DNA from: Haliotis rubra
Taxonomy: Eukaryota
DNA length: 64,000 nucleotides
NCBI RefSeq assembly: GCF_003918875.1
Contig: NW_025765103.1
Location: forward strand, 1,984,001 to 2,048,000
Direction of reading: 5' to 3'
The first letter of the stretch is position 1; the number at the start of each line of letters is the position of its first letter. The notes under the pieces were generated by a model. That model made no database searches and had not been told where the DNA came from. It saw only the letters and a list, made by a program, of their open reading frames with translations. The translations under genes and the position numbers were made by a program. Below, piece after piece: positions 48,140-62,026 of this stretch.

Positions 48140-48580
48140 TTATGTTAAGTCATCGCTGTGCCGGAGTGTAGCTGCTCATGTGTCCGGACTAAACGGCTAA
48201 CAACGGTGTAATAATAGCCCAGAATTCGTCCAATCGCCTTAAAGGACATTCCTGCGGTATGCATACCAATAATCTGATTCCTAGTGTCGATTGACAATCG
48301 TCTCAATGCCATGTTCCATGAATATGCTTGAATGGCCGTTTCAGCCAACGTTAAATACCCACAAATACAGTTGGGCCATACTGCTTTGTGTTATCCTCGA
48401 GGGTAGCATGTTGCACGTGCATGCCACAATCGACAAGAGCGCGATTGTCACGCATCACTGGTTATATCGTCTCGCGCAAACTCTACTCTTCCCATAATTA
48501 TACTTGTATCACTATTTCAAATAATGGGGGGGGAAAATCATCAAAAGTATCAGGGGGTGCTTAACCTTTTTTCTTTGAGT
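48140..48580 (-). mobile_element. 5' fragment of a Tc1-like transposon
   Basis: HTH-like RRLSIDTRNQIIGMHTAGMSFKAIGRILG...VVSRLVR; TIR-like TACTCAAAGAAAAAAGG..GCACCCC at the right end. Confidence 0.7.
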
Positions 48581-48709
48581 ATAAATTTATAAACAGATTT
48601 AGCAAAGATTACCCAATATACAACTATTGTGGAGTGCAGTTGATCTAAATGGTTTCTGCAGCCCTGTTCGCATGGCATGCTGCAACACGTTTACTGTTTC
48701 TAAGATGCC

Positions 48710-49005
48710 AGACCGCCTCGTGGTGTAGTGGTTAGAGCGTCTGCCCGGAGAGCGGAAGGTCACTAGTTCGATCCCCATACCCAAAGACGTTAAAATATGG
48801 TACTTGTTGGTCCCTGCCTGGCGCTCGGCATTAATGGGTACAACACGGACTGGTGGGATATTCATGCTTAACTGTGGCATGGTATCTCAGTGAGCTAGCT
48901 CTATAAAACCGGCTTAAGTCTGGGCTAGTACCAGCAGCCACACATACACACGCATGCACGAAAGTATTCTTAAGTGCGACGTTAAACCCCATTTCACCTC
49001 ACCTC
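48710..49005 (+). mobile_element. MetaSINE-like tRNA-SINE copy
   Basis: Homologous to 1195-1530, with internal deletions. Confidence 0.85.
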
Positions 49006-50003
49006 TATGATGCAAAGAGGCTTTACAGTGGGAATAATCATTTTAATGTTGATACTGCAAATAAGATTCTCAAGCGCCACAAAGCACTGACCTATGTTTT
49101 AAATGTTCAATATGTTCTTCGCACAAACAAACGACACTCAATTGTTTTAGAACACTATATCGGTTAACCACACACCAGGAAGCTTGTTTTACATACGCAA
49201 CAGAGCGCCTGCTATGATTAATGTATAGCAGTTACTGAAGGGCCCTAACATAAGACTGATTCAACACACAATATTAGAACTACTCAACTACAGACTGCTC
49301 ATGATAACAGTGTCATGAGAACGAGATTGTGTGCCGTTTCCTGCACAATTGGAGGGTTGTTCCAGGCACTTTGATTGTATTATAAATCAGCGCTTCTCGT
49401 GTCTCACTACCTCCAATCGAAACTGAGCGTCGAGACGTGCTTTCTCTCCGCTGAATGTAATATCCGATGGTGTTTGCCGATGTTGGATGAGGCGGAAGAG
49501 CTTAGTCAACAGTGTCGGATGCATACAGATAGTGTACTGAAATAACTGGTACAATAACGTCAAAGTAAATATACGGAATTGAGCTGCACACCACTTGAAG
49601 GATGTTTCTGGATGTTTGACTTACTGCCTGAATGCGACTTAGAGCACCACTTTCTGTAGGTATGTTCTACAGTCAATGATTATGTGTTACAGCTTTTCCG
49701 ATAATTCAAGAGCAGACCTAGTGCGGTAAACCGTGTACTAATCAATGGCTCCTAGTTGCAATGCCTATTAAGGACGAGTTAGGTAGTCAGTATGCTTTAA
49801 TAAGAAAAATAACCATCAATGCCTATACTCCGCAGTGCTAATGTACATCCTAGTATGACAAATACGATGACGGACTTAGTACCGTAGCTCCAGTGTTGTG
49901 ATTGGGAATGACAGACGCAAGAGTCACCCAATCCGGTTACATCCACGTGCGATAGGACTTCCGTGGAAAGATAATACAGATGATTTACTACTGAGTAACT
50001 GAG

Positions 50004-50250
50004 GAGTGAGTGAGTGAGTTCAGTTTTACGCCGCACTCAGCAATATTCCAGCTATATGGCGGCGGTCTGTAAATAATCAAGTCTGGACCAGACAATCCAG
50101 TGATCAACAACATGAGCATCGATCCATGCAATTGGTATACGATGACATGTGTCAACCAAGTCAGCGAGCCTGAACACCCGATCCCATTAGTTGCCTCTTA
50201 CGACAAGCATGGGTTACTGAAGGTACATTCTAACCCGGACCTTCACGGGG
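50004..50250 (-). mobile_element. Nin-domain/MESC-type SINE-like repeat
   Basis: Minus strand carries CTTGTCGTAAGAGGCAACTAA, the GCTGGAATATTGCTGAGTGCGGCG core and a TCAC tail. Confidence 0.85.
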
Positions 50251-51355
50251 AGACAAGCATGGGTTACTGAAGGTACATTCTAACCCGGACCTACACGGGG
50301 AGACAAGCATGGGCTACTGAAGGTACATTCTAACCCGGACCTTCACGGGGAGACAAGCATGGGCTACTGAAGGTACATTCTAACCTAGACCTACACGGGG
50401 AGACAAGCATGGGTTACTGAAGGTACATTCTAACCCGGACCTACACGGGGAGACAAGCATGGGTTACTGAAGGTACATTCTAACCCGGACCTACACGGGG
50501 AGACAAGCATGGGCTACTGAAGGTACATTCTAACCCGGACCTTCACGGGGAGACAAGCATGGGCTACTGAAGGTACATTCTAACCCGGACCTACACGGGG
50601 AGACAAGCATGGGCTACTGAAGGTACATTCTAACCCGGACCTACACGGGGAGACAAGCATGGGCTACTGAAGGTACATTCTAACCCGGACCTACACGGGG
50701 AGACAAGTATGGGCTACTGAAGGTACATTCTAACCCGGACCTACACGGGAGACAAGCATGGGCTACTGAAGGTACATTCTAACTCGGACCTGGGTTACTG
50801 AAGGTACATTCTAACCCGGACCTACACGGGGAGACAAGCATGGGTTACTGAAGGTACATTCTAACCCGGACCTACACGGGGAGACAAGACAAGTATGGGG
50901 TACATTCTAACCCGACCTACACGGTACACATTCTAACCCGGACCTACACGGGGAGACAAGTATGGGTTACTGAAGATACATTCTAACCCGGACCTACACG
51001 GGGAGACAAGTATGGGTTACTGAAGGTACATTCTAACCCGGACCTACACGGGGAGACAAGTATGGGTTACTGAAGGTACATTCTAACCCGGACCTACACG
51101 GGGAGACAAGTATGGGTTACTGAAGGTACATTCTAACCCGGACCTACACGGGGAGACAAGTATGGGTTACTGAAGGTACATTCTAACCCGGACCTACACG
51201 AGGGAGACAAGTATTGGTTACTGGGAGGTACATTCTAACCCGGACCTACAGGGGGAGACAAGTATGGGTTACTGAAGGTACATTCTAACCCGGACCTACA
51301 CGGGGAGACAAGTATGGGTTACTGAAGGTACATTCTAACCCGGACCTACACGGGT
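50203..51355. repeat. 50-bp satellite (about 22 units) amplified from the head of the adjacent SINE-like repeat
   Basis: Unit GAGACAAG(C/T)ATGGG(T/C)TACTGAAGGTACATTCTAACCCGGACCT(A/T)CACGGG. Confidence 0.97.
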
Positions 51356-52374
51356 CCGGGATAACTGAGGATATTTCAATTGTGTGACCTTCCTGATGAT
51401 GTCCTAGCGATGTCGTGGACTGTTGCTTGCTATCAACCACTGGTTCATCTCGTCTACAATCGTACGTTGGCAAGCTGCCGCGATGAAGCTGTAATGTTGA
51501 TGCCTCAGTCAACTGTTTGACGCAACATTCAACTGGATGCCATGGCAACCACTTATTGTATGTCACTTGTGGAATCAGCAGTCAGGTTCTTGGCGTTGCA
51601 GTTTCAAACTGTCTGAACGCTACACAACACATGTCCATCATCTCAAGGTAACAACACCATGCCATTAACTGACAAACAAAATACTTTATTAGTCAACAAC
51701 GGTTTGGTATACATTCGTACATAACGATAGTCAGTATTTACACGCACTGTACACTGAGGCCCTTGGTGGTGAATATAGACACTGTAACAAAATTGAGGCA
51801 TGTGACAAAATGACCGTCTTCAGTACTGATATCACTGCGATACATATGAAATCACCGTGTCATCAACGTCATGTTCCGCATCACGCAGCAAGCAGCGGCG
51901 GCGATGACCACCAAGTATTCCTGTAACGGCCAATACTAGCCGGCATAGCAGCCGTTCCATCTTCTATTATCAGGTGTATTGTATATCAACTCTGTCAGAA
52001 TATATACCTGGACCCACGTCTACTGTACATAGCTTCGGTTTGAACTGTGTAAAATGTACACGTCACTGAACATAACGAAACCCCGACTCAACCCTTGAGA
52101 GGCTGTGTGCTATGGTAGTGACAAGAGAGATGTAGATGAAGACGCTGATTCCACAAAGAATCGATGGCGCCTTACGGTAGATTAGATTATCGAGGTGTTT
52201 GGAAGATTTGAATCAATCTGGCTGGGACTACTGTTTTTCCTGAACTATGTCCCCAACTGGTATATTGCTTCACGTCACAAAACCTGAGTGGATTCAGGAC
52301 ATTTACCGACACGATTACATTACCCGCTAAATGATAGAGGGTGCGATCGTCCCACACGAATACAACAGTGTGGG

Positions 52375-52546
52375 GAGAGTGAGTGAGTAAGTTTATTTAT
52401 TACGCCGCTTTTAGCAATATTCCAGCAATATCACGGCGGGGGACACCAGACATGGGCTTCACACATTGTACCCATGTGGGGATTCGAACCCGGGTCTTTG
52501 GCGTGACGAGCGGGCGCTTTAACCACTAGGCTACCCCACCTCCCCG
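52375..52546 (-). mobile_element. Full-length tRNA-SINE
   Basis: Same family as 43584-43750; intact A and B boxes on the minus strand. Confidence 0.9.
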
Positions 52547-53943
52547 TAGGTGATTGTGAATTATGCTCCCCTTCAAGAATCAATTTCCAGATGCAGGATC
52601 TAGGAGAGTTCATAGAAATACCGAATATAACAGAATACTGATGCTGTATCACCATACTGATGCTCATCACGAAGTATTGTGTCACCAACATCTGTCTTGA
52701 CAATGGGGATTCATTACATTGTTTATACTTTTGGTATTCCCGAAATTCCACTGCATGCCCATCCGTATATGATCCATGGTATTTCATTAATACTCTCTGA
52801 TAGTGATGAAAGTGATGGAAGTACATGCGTTCTTTCCAAGGCAAAAAGGAAAATGGAAATATCAGATCGAGTGGGGTACTGAGTGTGACTTTGTGTGTTG
52901 GATAATTAGCTCAACACTTAAAAGAAATACCTAGAATTGATATTAGAACTTCTTTGAGTGGCATTTTAGAAGTTGGGAAGTACAATATAGAACATATAGA
53001 ATTGATATTAGAACTGATATGTACAAAGACTGTCCACCCGATGATAAAGGCACCAACAGTAAATCTTTCAATGAAACGATAACCTCTGTGCACACACACT
53101 CATATCGTATACAATGGACGGAATGTTGTAAACCATCGTGCCAAACACATACAGAAAAACGACGTCACAAGATACACAGTGAAGGTAAGTCTGTTTGCGA
53201 GCCCTCTCCTTCCACCGGTTACATTTGTCTCTGCTCAATTAGGTTAAACATATAGCGAGGCATGGCAGGCCTTTTGAGCCTTGATCCTAACCGATAGATT
53301 GTCTTATATCTTAAAACCTAAGGTACCGGCCACTGACTTGTATCAGTCTAGCTAGGAATCCTAATTGTTTTGGTACCTCGATCCTAACTGGTATGTTGCT
53401 TCAGATCAGGGTCACAATAGTCAACAGCGTAGTAACGCTTTCACCAGTGTTATGGTAGACTTGTAGAGGACCTTTCCAAATTGTCGCAACATTCACCCAT
53501 CTGCAGTTCCCTATTTCCATCGCACTAGATGTTCCAGATGTTCAGAAATATATAAACTGAAAACCGTAGCTTACTTTAAATTTCCATCATTAGGCCTGAC
53601 TTAGCGGCCACGTGAGTAGTGTTTGAACTACTTACATCAATCCAGCTAAGCCGCCAATAATCATCTCCTCACTGATGTCGGAGCAGAGACCATAATAATC
53701 TGTTATATGGTCTCTGGTCGGAGGGAAAAAACAACAGACCACGTGACTCAACTATTGCTCCCATTGGCAGAGGTTAATGTTGTTTCTAAGCTTCCACCTT
53801 AACAGAAATCTAGTACAACGACCTTACAGGTAGGTTTACCTTACAGGTAGGTAGGTTTACCTTACAGGTAGGTAGGTTTACCTTACAGGTAGGTTTACCT
53901 TTAACATGATGAAAGGGAACTCTATTGTCTGCAATTGTTACCA

Positions 53944-54087
53944 ACGCCGCTTTTAGCAATATTCCAGCAACATCACGGCGGGGGACACCAGAAATGGGCT
54001 TCACACATTGTACCCATGTGGGGAATCGAACCCGGGTCTTCGGCGTGACGAGCGGGCGCTTTAACCACTAGGCTACCCCACCCCCGG
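53944..54087 (-). mobile_element. tRNA-SINE copy
   Basis: Near-identical to 52375-52546. Confidence 0.9.
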
Positions 54088-55274
54088 CTGAATTCAATTG
54101 TTCAACTCTGGTATCACGTGTAGCAGTTATACAACCGTTACCAGACTGATTTTCAAAGGTTTTCCTATATTCAAGGTCCATATCAAGTCTTTCATGATAA
54201 AATTTCGTCCAGGGCTAAACGGTCAGTGGTGCGACCAACAGGTGAGACCTACAGTGGCGGAGTCAGGGATCTGTGGTCTACTGTGATACGAGGGAGTGAT
54301 GTGCAGCTTTTAACTACTGCCATACGAGGAAGATACAAACAACATTTACCTACTGTAATGGTACAGGTTTCAACAACTGACTTGTTGGAAGCAGAGGTTT
54401 ACAGCTGGTGGTCACAGTGACATCAACGCAATGTGAAGTTAAGGAAAGCACATTTTCCTACATTTCGTTAAAAGAATGACCGTGGCTACCTATGTGTAAA
54501 GTACTTGAGGGTTCCATCCCACCCCGATCCCCCGCAAACCCTCCCGCCCACCACCAGACCTCCTCCCCACCCCACCCGCGCACTCTTTATCGCCTCTTTA
54601 GAGTCAACTCTCCACACATTGCTTCCTGATGCATCTGTGAGCTGATATTACGGTTAGGTCCCATACTGCCTACAGTTCCAAACTGCCTACATCCCAAACT
54701 GCCCCAAAAAATATTGTAGGCAGCGTGGGAAATGATTTTTTGCCCTGTAGAATAATGGAACAGCCCAATTATCAATGAAAAAGGGATGTGTCGTTTGGAG
54801 TAAGGTAGTAGTAGTTATTTGATTTATTTAATGTCGCACGCACAACTAAGGTATTTCGGCGACGGGGTAGTACACTTACACAAGAAATGAGGGGAACAAA
54901 AAATAGAAATTTTGAAAGAGTGGTGTTACTACCAAAAAAACCCACCCTCAACAACAGAGTATTGAAATTTGAATCGGATGCCGAATTAAAAAGGTAAAAA
55001 GAAATATGAAATAGGTAGAGAGTATTAGAGATTTTGAGTTTACTGTAGATGTGGTGTAGAAAATGGTTATTGTTATTGTTTTTTTTAACCAACCCATGTT
55101 TAAAAACAAATTTATTAAGTGAATAATGATAAATATATAAAAGGTAAATAAATGAACTTATAGAGAACTGATTTAAAAAGTTTAAAGTACATATATACAT
55201 ATTTATAACAATTTTTAAAATGGTAAAAAATGGCACTATTGTTTTTGTTGCTAGATTGTTTGGTATCATTTTGT

Positions 55275-55580
55275 ATAAATGAGAAAAAGCGTTAAACAAT
55301 CCTATAATCTCCCGGCAAACTCCAGTATCTTCACAGCAGAACTCGCAGCCATAGTTCAGGCCTTGCAAACAACATCTGACCAAACAAACACTACCATTTG
55401 CATTTTTACGGATTCCTTAAGCTCCATACAGGCTCTCATAAATTACTCTACAACAACAAGACCATAAGATCTAATAAATAACATATACAGGAGAATACTA
55501 TACCACCAAAACAAAAATATTCAAATACATTTTATCTGGGTCTCGTCACATATCGGAGTCCATGGCAACGAAATGGACAT
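55275..55580 (+). mobile_element. RNase H fragment of a non-LTR retrotransposon (I-group-like)
   Basis: SIFTAELAAIVQAL, ICIFTDSLSSIQAL, FIWVSSHIGVHGNE. Confidence 0.85.
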
Positions 55581-56587
55581 CCTTGTCAGTTGTGCGTAAT
55601 TGTGAAACCAGTAAAACACTGTAAAACCTATCAGTTTTTCATGATATATAGAGAATCTCACCCGAGTGTCTTTTGATATAAAATATATCACCACGAGTTG
55701 TGCTTGCCGAGGATATTTTTACTTTTATCAACGAGTGTGAGATTCTATTCATCATCAAAAATCACTCTTCATTAGTTTTCAATGAAAAATGTACATCTCT
55801 GAACACAGTACTGCCATTGTACAAAATCTACTGTCAAAACGATATCTCCTAGGAGATATCGTCTGATCTCACACAATCGATATCTACTGTGGAACACAGT
55901 TTTAGATGATAAATCCATGTCTCCATGTAAAGACGGAGAATTCTCAGAATGAATAAACCAACCAACACTTGTCATTTTTAAACTTCTGTAGGCAGAGTGG
56001 GAAGACACCATAGAACAGGTCAGTTCATTAACCAAGTAACTGGTCAAGTTCATTTTAGCAGGGGTATAACAGGTCAGAGCGGTGTATTCACTTCCTGATC
56101 ACTGGACCGTATCATGTTGTTTTAACCTGTAGGCAGTTTGGAACTGTAGGCAGTATGGGAATACACCGATATTGCCAGGGTCCGCGGACAGGCTAGAGGT
56201 GATGTGTTTGACGGTGTTTATCGAGGTTATCAGGGGAATGTCGTGATATCTGACCACAACCTGTGACGACCTTGACCGATCCAATGATTGTGTGTTGTCA
56301 AGGATGTTGATTCAAACACGACCTCCGACTGTTACAAGGGAACTACCTTCGCAGATTTCTTTGATCCATTGACACTCTTTTTGGACTGTGAGGATTCTTC
56401 CTGCAATGGACGATCAAGTAAAAATATCATGCAATGAACACATTCATTACGAGCGGCGCAATAGAACGTTTTACTATGAAACAGATGGCGACCATGTGAT
56501 ACATGCGGGGAGGATATGGGCAGAGGTAGCTGGTAGAAATTGTACCTAGTTTAAGACCTACATATATATCCCCAAAAGGTGAGTATA

Positions 56588-57936
56588 CACACTGAAAAAA
56601 CTATCGCAACACCTATACTTTTTAACCTACATTTTGACCCTTTGAATGCAGCATACATTGATTTAAGATAAACAGGGATCACGATCACAGGCGAACATCA
56701 CAAGGTGCAAGATATGATGGTTGTCACCCACCGACTTTCAGTCGATTGGCCAGAAACATCAGCGAATAAACGACGTTAATGGCCGTCAGCGTTGTCGACC
56801 ACGTGGGACAACTTCATTGAGGATACTGCCCAGAATCACAAGACTTCATCTGTTCATGTAAAGTGGCGCGTTGAAAACATGGTAGTTTCCAGATCGTCGT
56901 CTGTCCAACAGACCGGTCCGAAATCGCCTACAAACCACCGGGTGTGGAGCCAGACGACCTATCAGACGCCCGTTGTTATCCCAAGGGCACACAGCAGCAG
57001 GACTTGGTTGATGTCAAGCTCGACGTCACTGGAATTCGAGGTTGTGGAGAAGCTCCTCTGGTCGGACGAAAGCCGACATCTTTTATTCATGAGTGATTGC
57101 CGTGCTCGCGTTTGGCGCCGCAGAAACAATGCACAGGCACAACGGATCTTGGATTGAGTACCGTTTGGCGAGGGTTCATTGGTGGTGTTGGGGTGCCTCT
57201 CACATGACTGTAAACGTGACCCTGTGACCACCAGACATCTGAAGGGACAACAGTACATCTCTGACATCTTAAACGGGGTTGTTGTACCACATTTCCATGG
57301 CCATCCTCTGAACACAAGGACAGTCTTCATCGACGACAACGCACGTATCACTGATTTGTTTCGACGTGAACTATACTATTGCCTACAAGGAGTCCAGATC
57401 TCAATCCCATGGAGCATGTAGGGGTCACAGAATACGCCAGAGAGGTCCTCCACCGATGTATTGGAACAGGCCCTGCACCGGGAATAAGACGCAGTTTGAT
57501 ACAGCCGGTGACAAGGAGGATCAGTGATGTTATTGCACAACGAGGAGAGTTCTATGGATAATTGAACATGTCACTGCATGATGTTATTGCAGTTTGAAGA
57601 GTTACACCAGATATTGACATTATGCTCGGTTATCGATACTTGACTTCTTGGGGACAGTATGCCAGAATGGTGAACATGATCTCACTTGTAAACGTCGTCA
57701 TGCGACCGTAGTTATCAGCTTTACAAAATGAGTCAGTAATGTAACATGTTTGCTGCTCTTAATTAACTGCGGTTTTCCATTCTTTGTGCATTTAGATTTG
57801 CCATTTGATTATTTCTTGAGGGACAGGTTATCCAGATAGTAAGTTAAGTTGAGGTTAGGAATAAGTCCTGTGCCATGCGTGATGGTACTATGATACTATG
57901 TTAAATATAGAGTATTGCGATACCTTTTTCCGTAAA
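56588..57936 (+). mobile_element. Decayed Tc1 transposon
   Basis: LWSDESR, RARVWRRRN, FIDDNAR, SPDLNPMEHV; imperfect TIRs containing AAAAACTATCGCAACACCTATA / TATAGAGTATTGCGATACCTTTTT. Confidence 0.85.
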
Positions 57937-60900
57937 TATATATATATATATGGCTCCTTCAGGAAACTCTTGTATGCTCTCACGCATTGCCAGACAGGGA
58001 GCTTGACCTTTTCAAAATACTAAATTAGTTCGTTGTTCCTTTGAAAGAACCACAGAAGGTTTACGGTGGGTGCATAGGAACATAGGTTTGACATTTCAAC
58101 ATAGAACGGACAGAATAGGACAGGTTTCGAGAGAGACATGTACTTTGACATAGATAACATGGGATGGGATACGAGATGAGCATACATTTACTAAAATAAT
58201 AGGTGGGATGTATTCTCTGCTGGGTACACGTCGAAATAAGCATACATTTTGAGACGGGGTTGATTTATTTCGAGATGCATTTCAAGGTCGAGGAGGATGA
58301 CTGGGCGAATTCCGATACAGGCCTGCATTTTAATATTTGATGACCTGATACAGTCGTCTCAGGGACACTGACTTCCTGATGTGCATGAACTTCGAGAGAG
58401 AGGTGGCTAGATACTACGACAGAGACCTAAACTGCGAGCGAAAGGAGCTAGGGATCCCAGCTGTGCAGTTGGGGCACTGGACACATCACGACATATACAG
58501 GCTATATGAGGAACATAATACTTCATAAATACATGTACAAACACTAGGCATGTGATAGATACTTTGGTTTTACATATTCTTTAAAGAAATATTTCAATGA
58601 ACGATTGTAATGCCCCGCATGAATATTTAACAAAACCCACCCTGGCAACCCCAAAATAGAATATATGCTTGACAAAGAAGACAAAATGAGACAAAGCATG
58701 AGCATATGTAAGGTCAAGTATTGGAAATATATGCAAACATTCTAAGAATTGAGTAAAGGCACAGTGAGAATTTTACAAACAGCTCGTTACAGGAGCGAAA
58801 TACAGAGATATTGTAAAATCAGCAAAATACACAAATTCGCGGAAATAGGTTAAGCAGGAAATATCCTAAGAAATATCAAGAGTCGTATTTCCAATATGTC
58901 AGTTCAGACGTTCAATTAATGTTAAATTAATTCAAAATTACAACATCGACAGCTATAAAGAATAAAAAGAAGTCGTTATCCATAAAACGTTTCATGTATT
59001 ATCATTGTTTGTCCAACTTCTAAATGTCTTTCAAGAATTTCAAACTACAGCCATACTTCTCATCCGATGTAGTGTGAAAACAAATGTTTTAGTATTGGCA
59101 AATGTATTTATCATCCAAAACTGTGTTCCACAGGGGATATTGCTTGTGTGAGATGAAACGATATCTCCTGGCAGTATATTTTGTACAATGCCCTGACAAT
59201 GCTATGACGTCATGAACTTGATGACGTCACAATGCTATGACATCGCTGGACTCCAAGTCTAAAGGCAGAACCCTGTTCAGAGATGTACATTTTGCATTGA
59301 AAACTAATGAAGAGAGATTTTTTATGATAAATATAATCTCACCCTAGTGTCTCCTGATATCAAATACATCAACACTCGTTGATAAAAGTAAAAATATTTG
59401 TAACTTATCAACTCGTGGTCATATATTTGATATCAAAGGACACTCGTGTGAGATTCTCTATATATAGTTGTGAATGTGATCAAGAAGTCAGTGTCTCTGC
59501 ATGCATGCAAAACGATTGGTCTTTGGGGTTTGTAGGCAAGGAAAACCCCCACCCCCTTGTTTATTCATCCTGCCCATCATACGAATTTATAGATTATATA
59601 CACATAAATATTTGAGATAAGTATATATTATTTTGCAAAAGTCACCATTTGCCAATACCTCCTAATCCAGTCTTAATCAGAACCTCCGAGCCTGGCCAAA
59701 CTCGGTGGTATAAGATGACGCCAAAGTTGATCTTTGCTGGACTTTTGCTGCCACAGTTTGTGCAGATCATACATCATCCCCTATCAGCCTGACATGGCCA
59801 TGCTGCCCAGTGGTGGCTCCACAGTCCACAGTCCACAATGCACACAAACAGCCAAACACGCTCAGCGGGATGGTTTACAGATGTCAAGTGATTGGGAAGA
59901 AAAGTTACTTCTTTTCTATAACGTTTGACTTCCTGCATAACCTCCCTTTGTCCGTGAGCCAGTCGATATATGAGTAACATACAACTGGCTACAAACTAAG
60001 CTGGTACCATCAAACCTCTATGGGCCTTCTGGACAAGCTTGCAGTGTCATGAGACAGAGAGACGGGGATTAGGAGTTGATGTGCTACTGTAGTAGGCATA
60101 TATTTTCTGTGTTAGTGGTTATTCGACTAGAGGTAATAAATTAATAATAATGGTATCATGCAGTCGGAAGTTTTTGTTTGAGGTTCTGCTGCTGGGTGTA
60201 AGTATCTCTTTTCAAATGAGCTGAAATGATATTTGCGATCAGTTGGAACAAGCTTGTCAGAACATTGTCTGTTGCCAGAAGTGAGGTTCATACGATGGTC
60301 AAAGAGGATCAGCTCAAACAAGTACAAGGAGGTGGGTTTGGAGCCGGCATGGCTGCTTCTAGCTATTTTCAAAATTATAATCATGCCATTCTTGCTTGTC
60401 CCACCAGGTTATAAAACCGCGATTCATTGTGGTTTAAACGGATATTTTGAAACCAACATTCTTTTCATAGGATATGACATCTGTTTCCCGAGACATGATA
60501 GTAAAGTCCGGTATTGAACAAAACCCAATTCAGTTCCTCGTAAGTGAGAATGTCACGTGTCAGCTTTAACCAGGAAAGCAATTGTATCGCAGGATACACA
60601 GACCTAAGGGTCAACTTAATTGTGGCAAGATGACAAAAGAATAGAAATATAATCTATATATAACTGCTAAAGTGTACATTAATTGACTTATTTGTAAGAC
60701 TACCTTGGTCATTAATACCAGAGGGAAGATATCAGAGGACAGCAGAGGACATGGCAACATACGTCCCTTTTTGAGTCAATTTTCAGTCCAAGCAAGTCAT
60801 TCAAACATCACTTTGTTTACAAAGTGAAATGCTACGATGTTTATCAAGCACCTAAGGGTAACCATTTCACACATGACTGTAGCATACAGCGCCTGGAACA

Positions 60901-61069
60901 TTCCTGGTAAATGACCGCGGCCCGTAACATACAATGATCGTGTTGTACCAGTGACTGACGTCATGACCAACGCTTTACGACGCCAAGAGATCAACTAAGA
61001 CAATACACCTGACCATCCAATCCGTAAAGATGGTGACGTATTCTCACACTCTGTAGCGGAACCTACCTT

Positions 61070-62026
61070 TACTACTCATGAGGATAACCCTTGTATTCTA
61101 GCTCTACTACCCATGAGGATAATCCTTGTATTCTAGCTCTACTACCCATGAGGATAATCCTTGTATTCTAGCTCTACTACCCATGAGGATAATCCTTGTA
61201 TTCTAGCTCTACTACCCATGAGGATAATCCTTGTATTCTAGCTCTACTACCCATGACCCATTCTAGACTACCATGAGGATAATCCTTGTATTCTATTCTA
61301 GATAATCCTCTAGCTCTACTACCCATGAGGATAATCCTTGATAACTCCTTAATCCTTGTATTCTAGCTCTACTACCCATGAGGATAACCCTTGTATTCTA
61401 GCTCTACTACCATGAGGATAATCCTTGTATTCTAGCTCTACTACCATGAGGATAATTCCTCTTACTCATGTATTGTATTCTAGCTCTACTACCATGAGGA
61501 TAATCCTTGTATTCTAGCTCTACTACCCATGAGGATAACCCTTGTATTCTAGCTCTACTACCATGAGGATAATCCTTGTATTCTAGCTCTACTACCATGA
61601 GGATAATCCTTGTATTCTAGCTCTACTACCCATGAGGATAACCCTTGTATTCTAGCTCTACTACTCATGCTCTACTACTACACCATGAGGATAATCCTTG
61701 TATTCTAGCTCTACTACCCATGAGGATAATCCTTGTATTCTAGCTCTACTACCATGAGGATAACCCTTGTATTCTAGCTCTTACCATGAAGATAATCCTT
61801 GTATTCTAGCTCTACTACTCATGAGGATAACCCTTGTATTCTAGCTCTACTACCCATGAGGATAACCCTTGTATTCTAGCTCTACTACCATGAGGATAAC
61901 CCTTGTATTCTACCCATGAGGATAATCCTGTCTAACTGGGGATAATCCTTGTATTAATACTAGTAATCCTTGTATTCTCCACTACCATGAGGATAACCCC
62001 TTGTATTCTAGCTATACTACCCATGA
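61070..62026. repeat. 33-bp minisatellite
   Basis: CATGAGGATAA(T/C)CCTTGTATTCTAGCTCTACTACC units. Confidence 0.97.

Noticed and set aside
59640-60520. GC-richer, coding-looking stretch
   Set aside because: No recognisable motif or sustained frame on either strand; possibly decayed transposon sequence.
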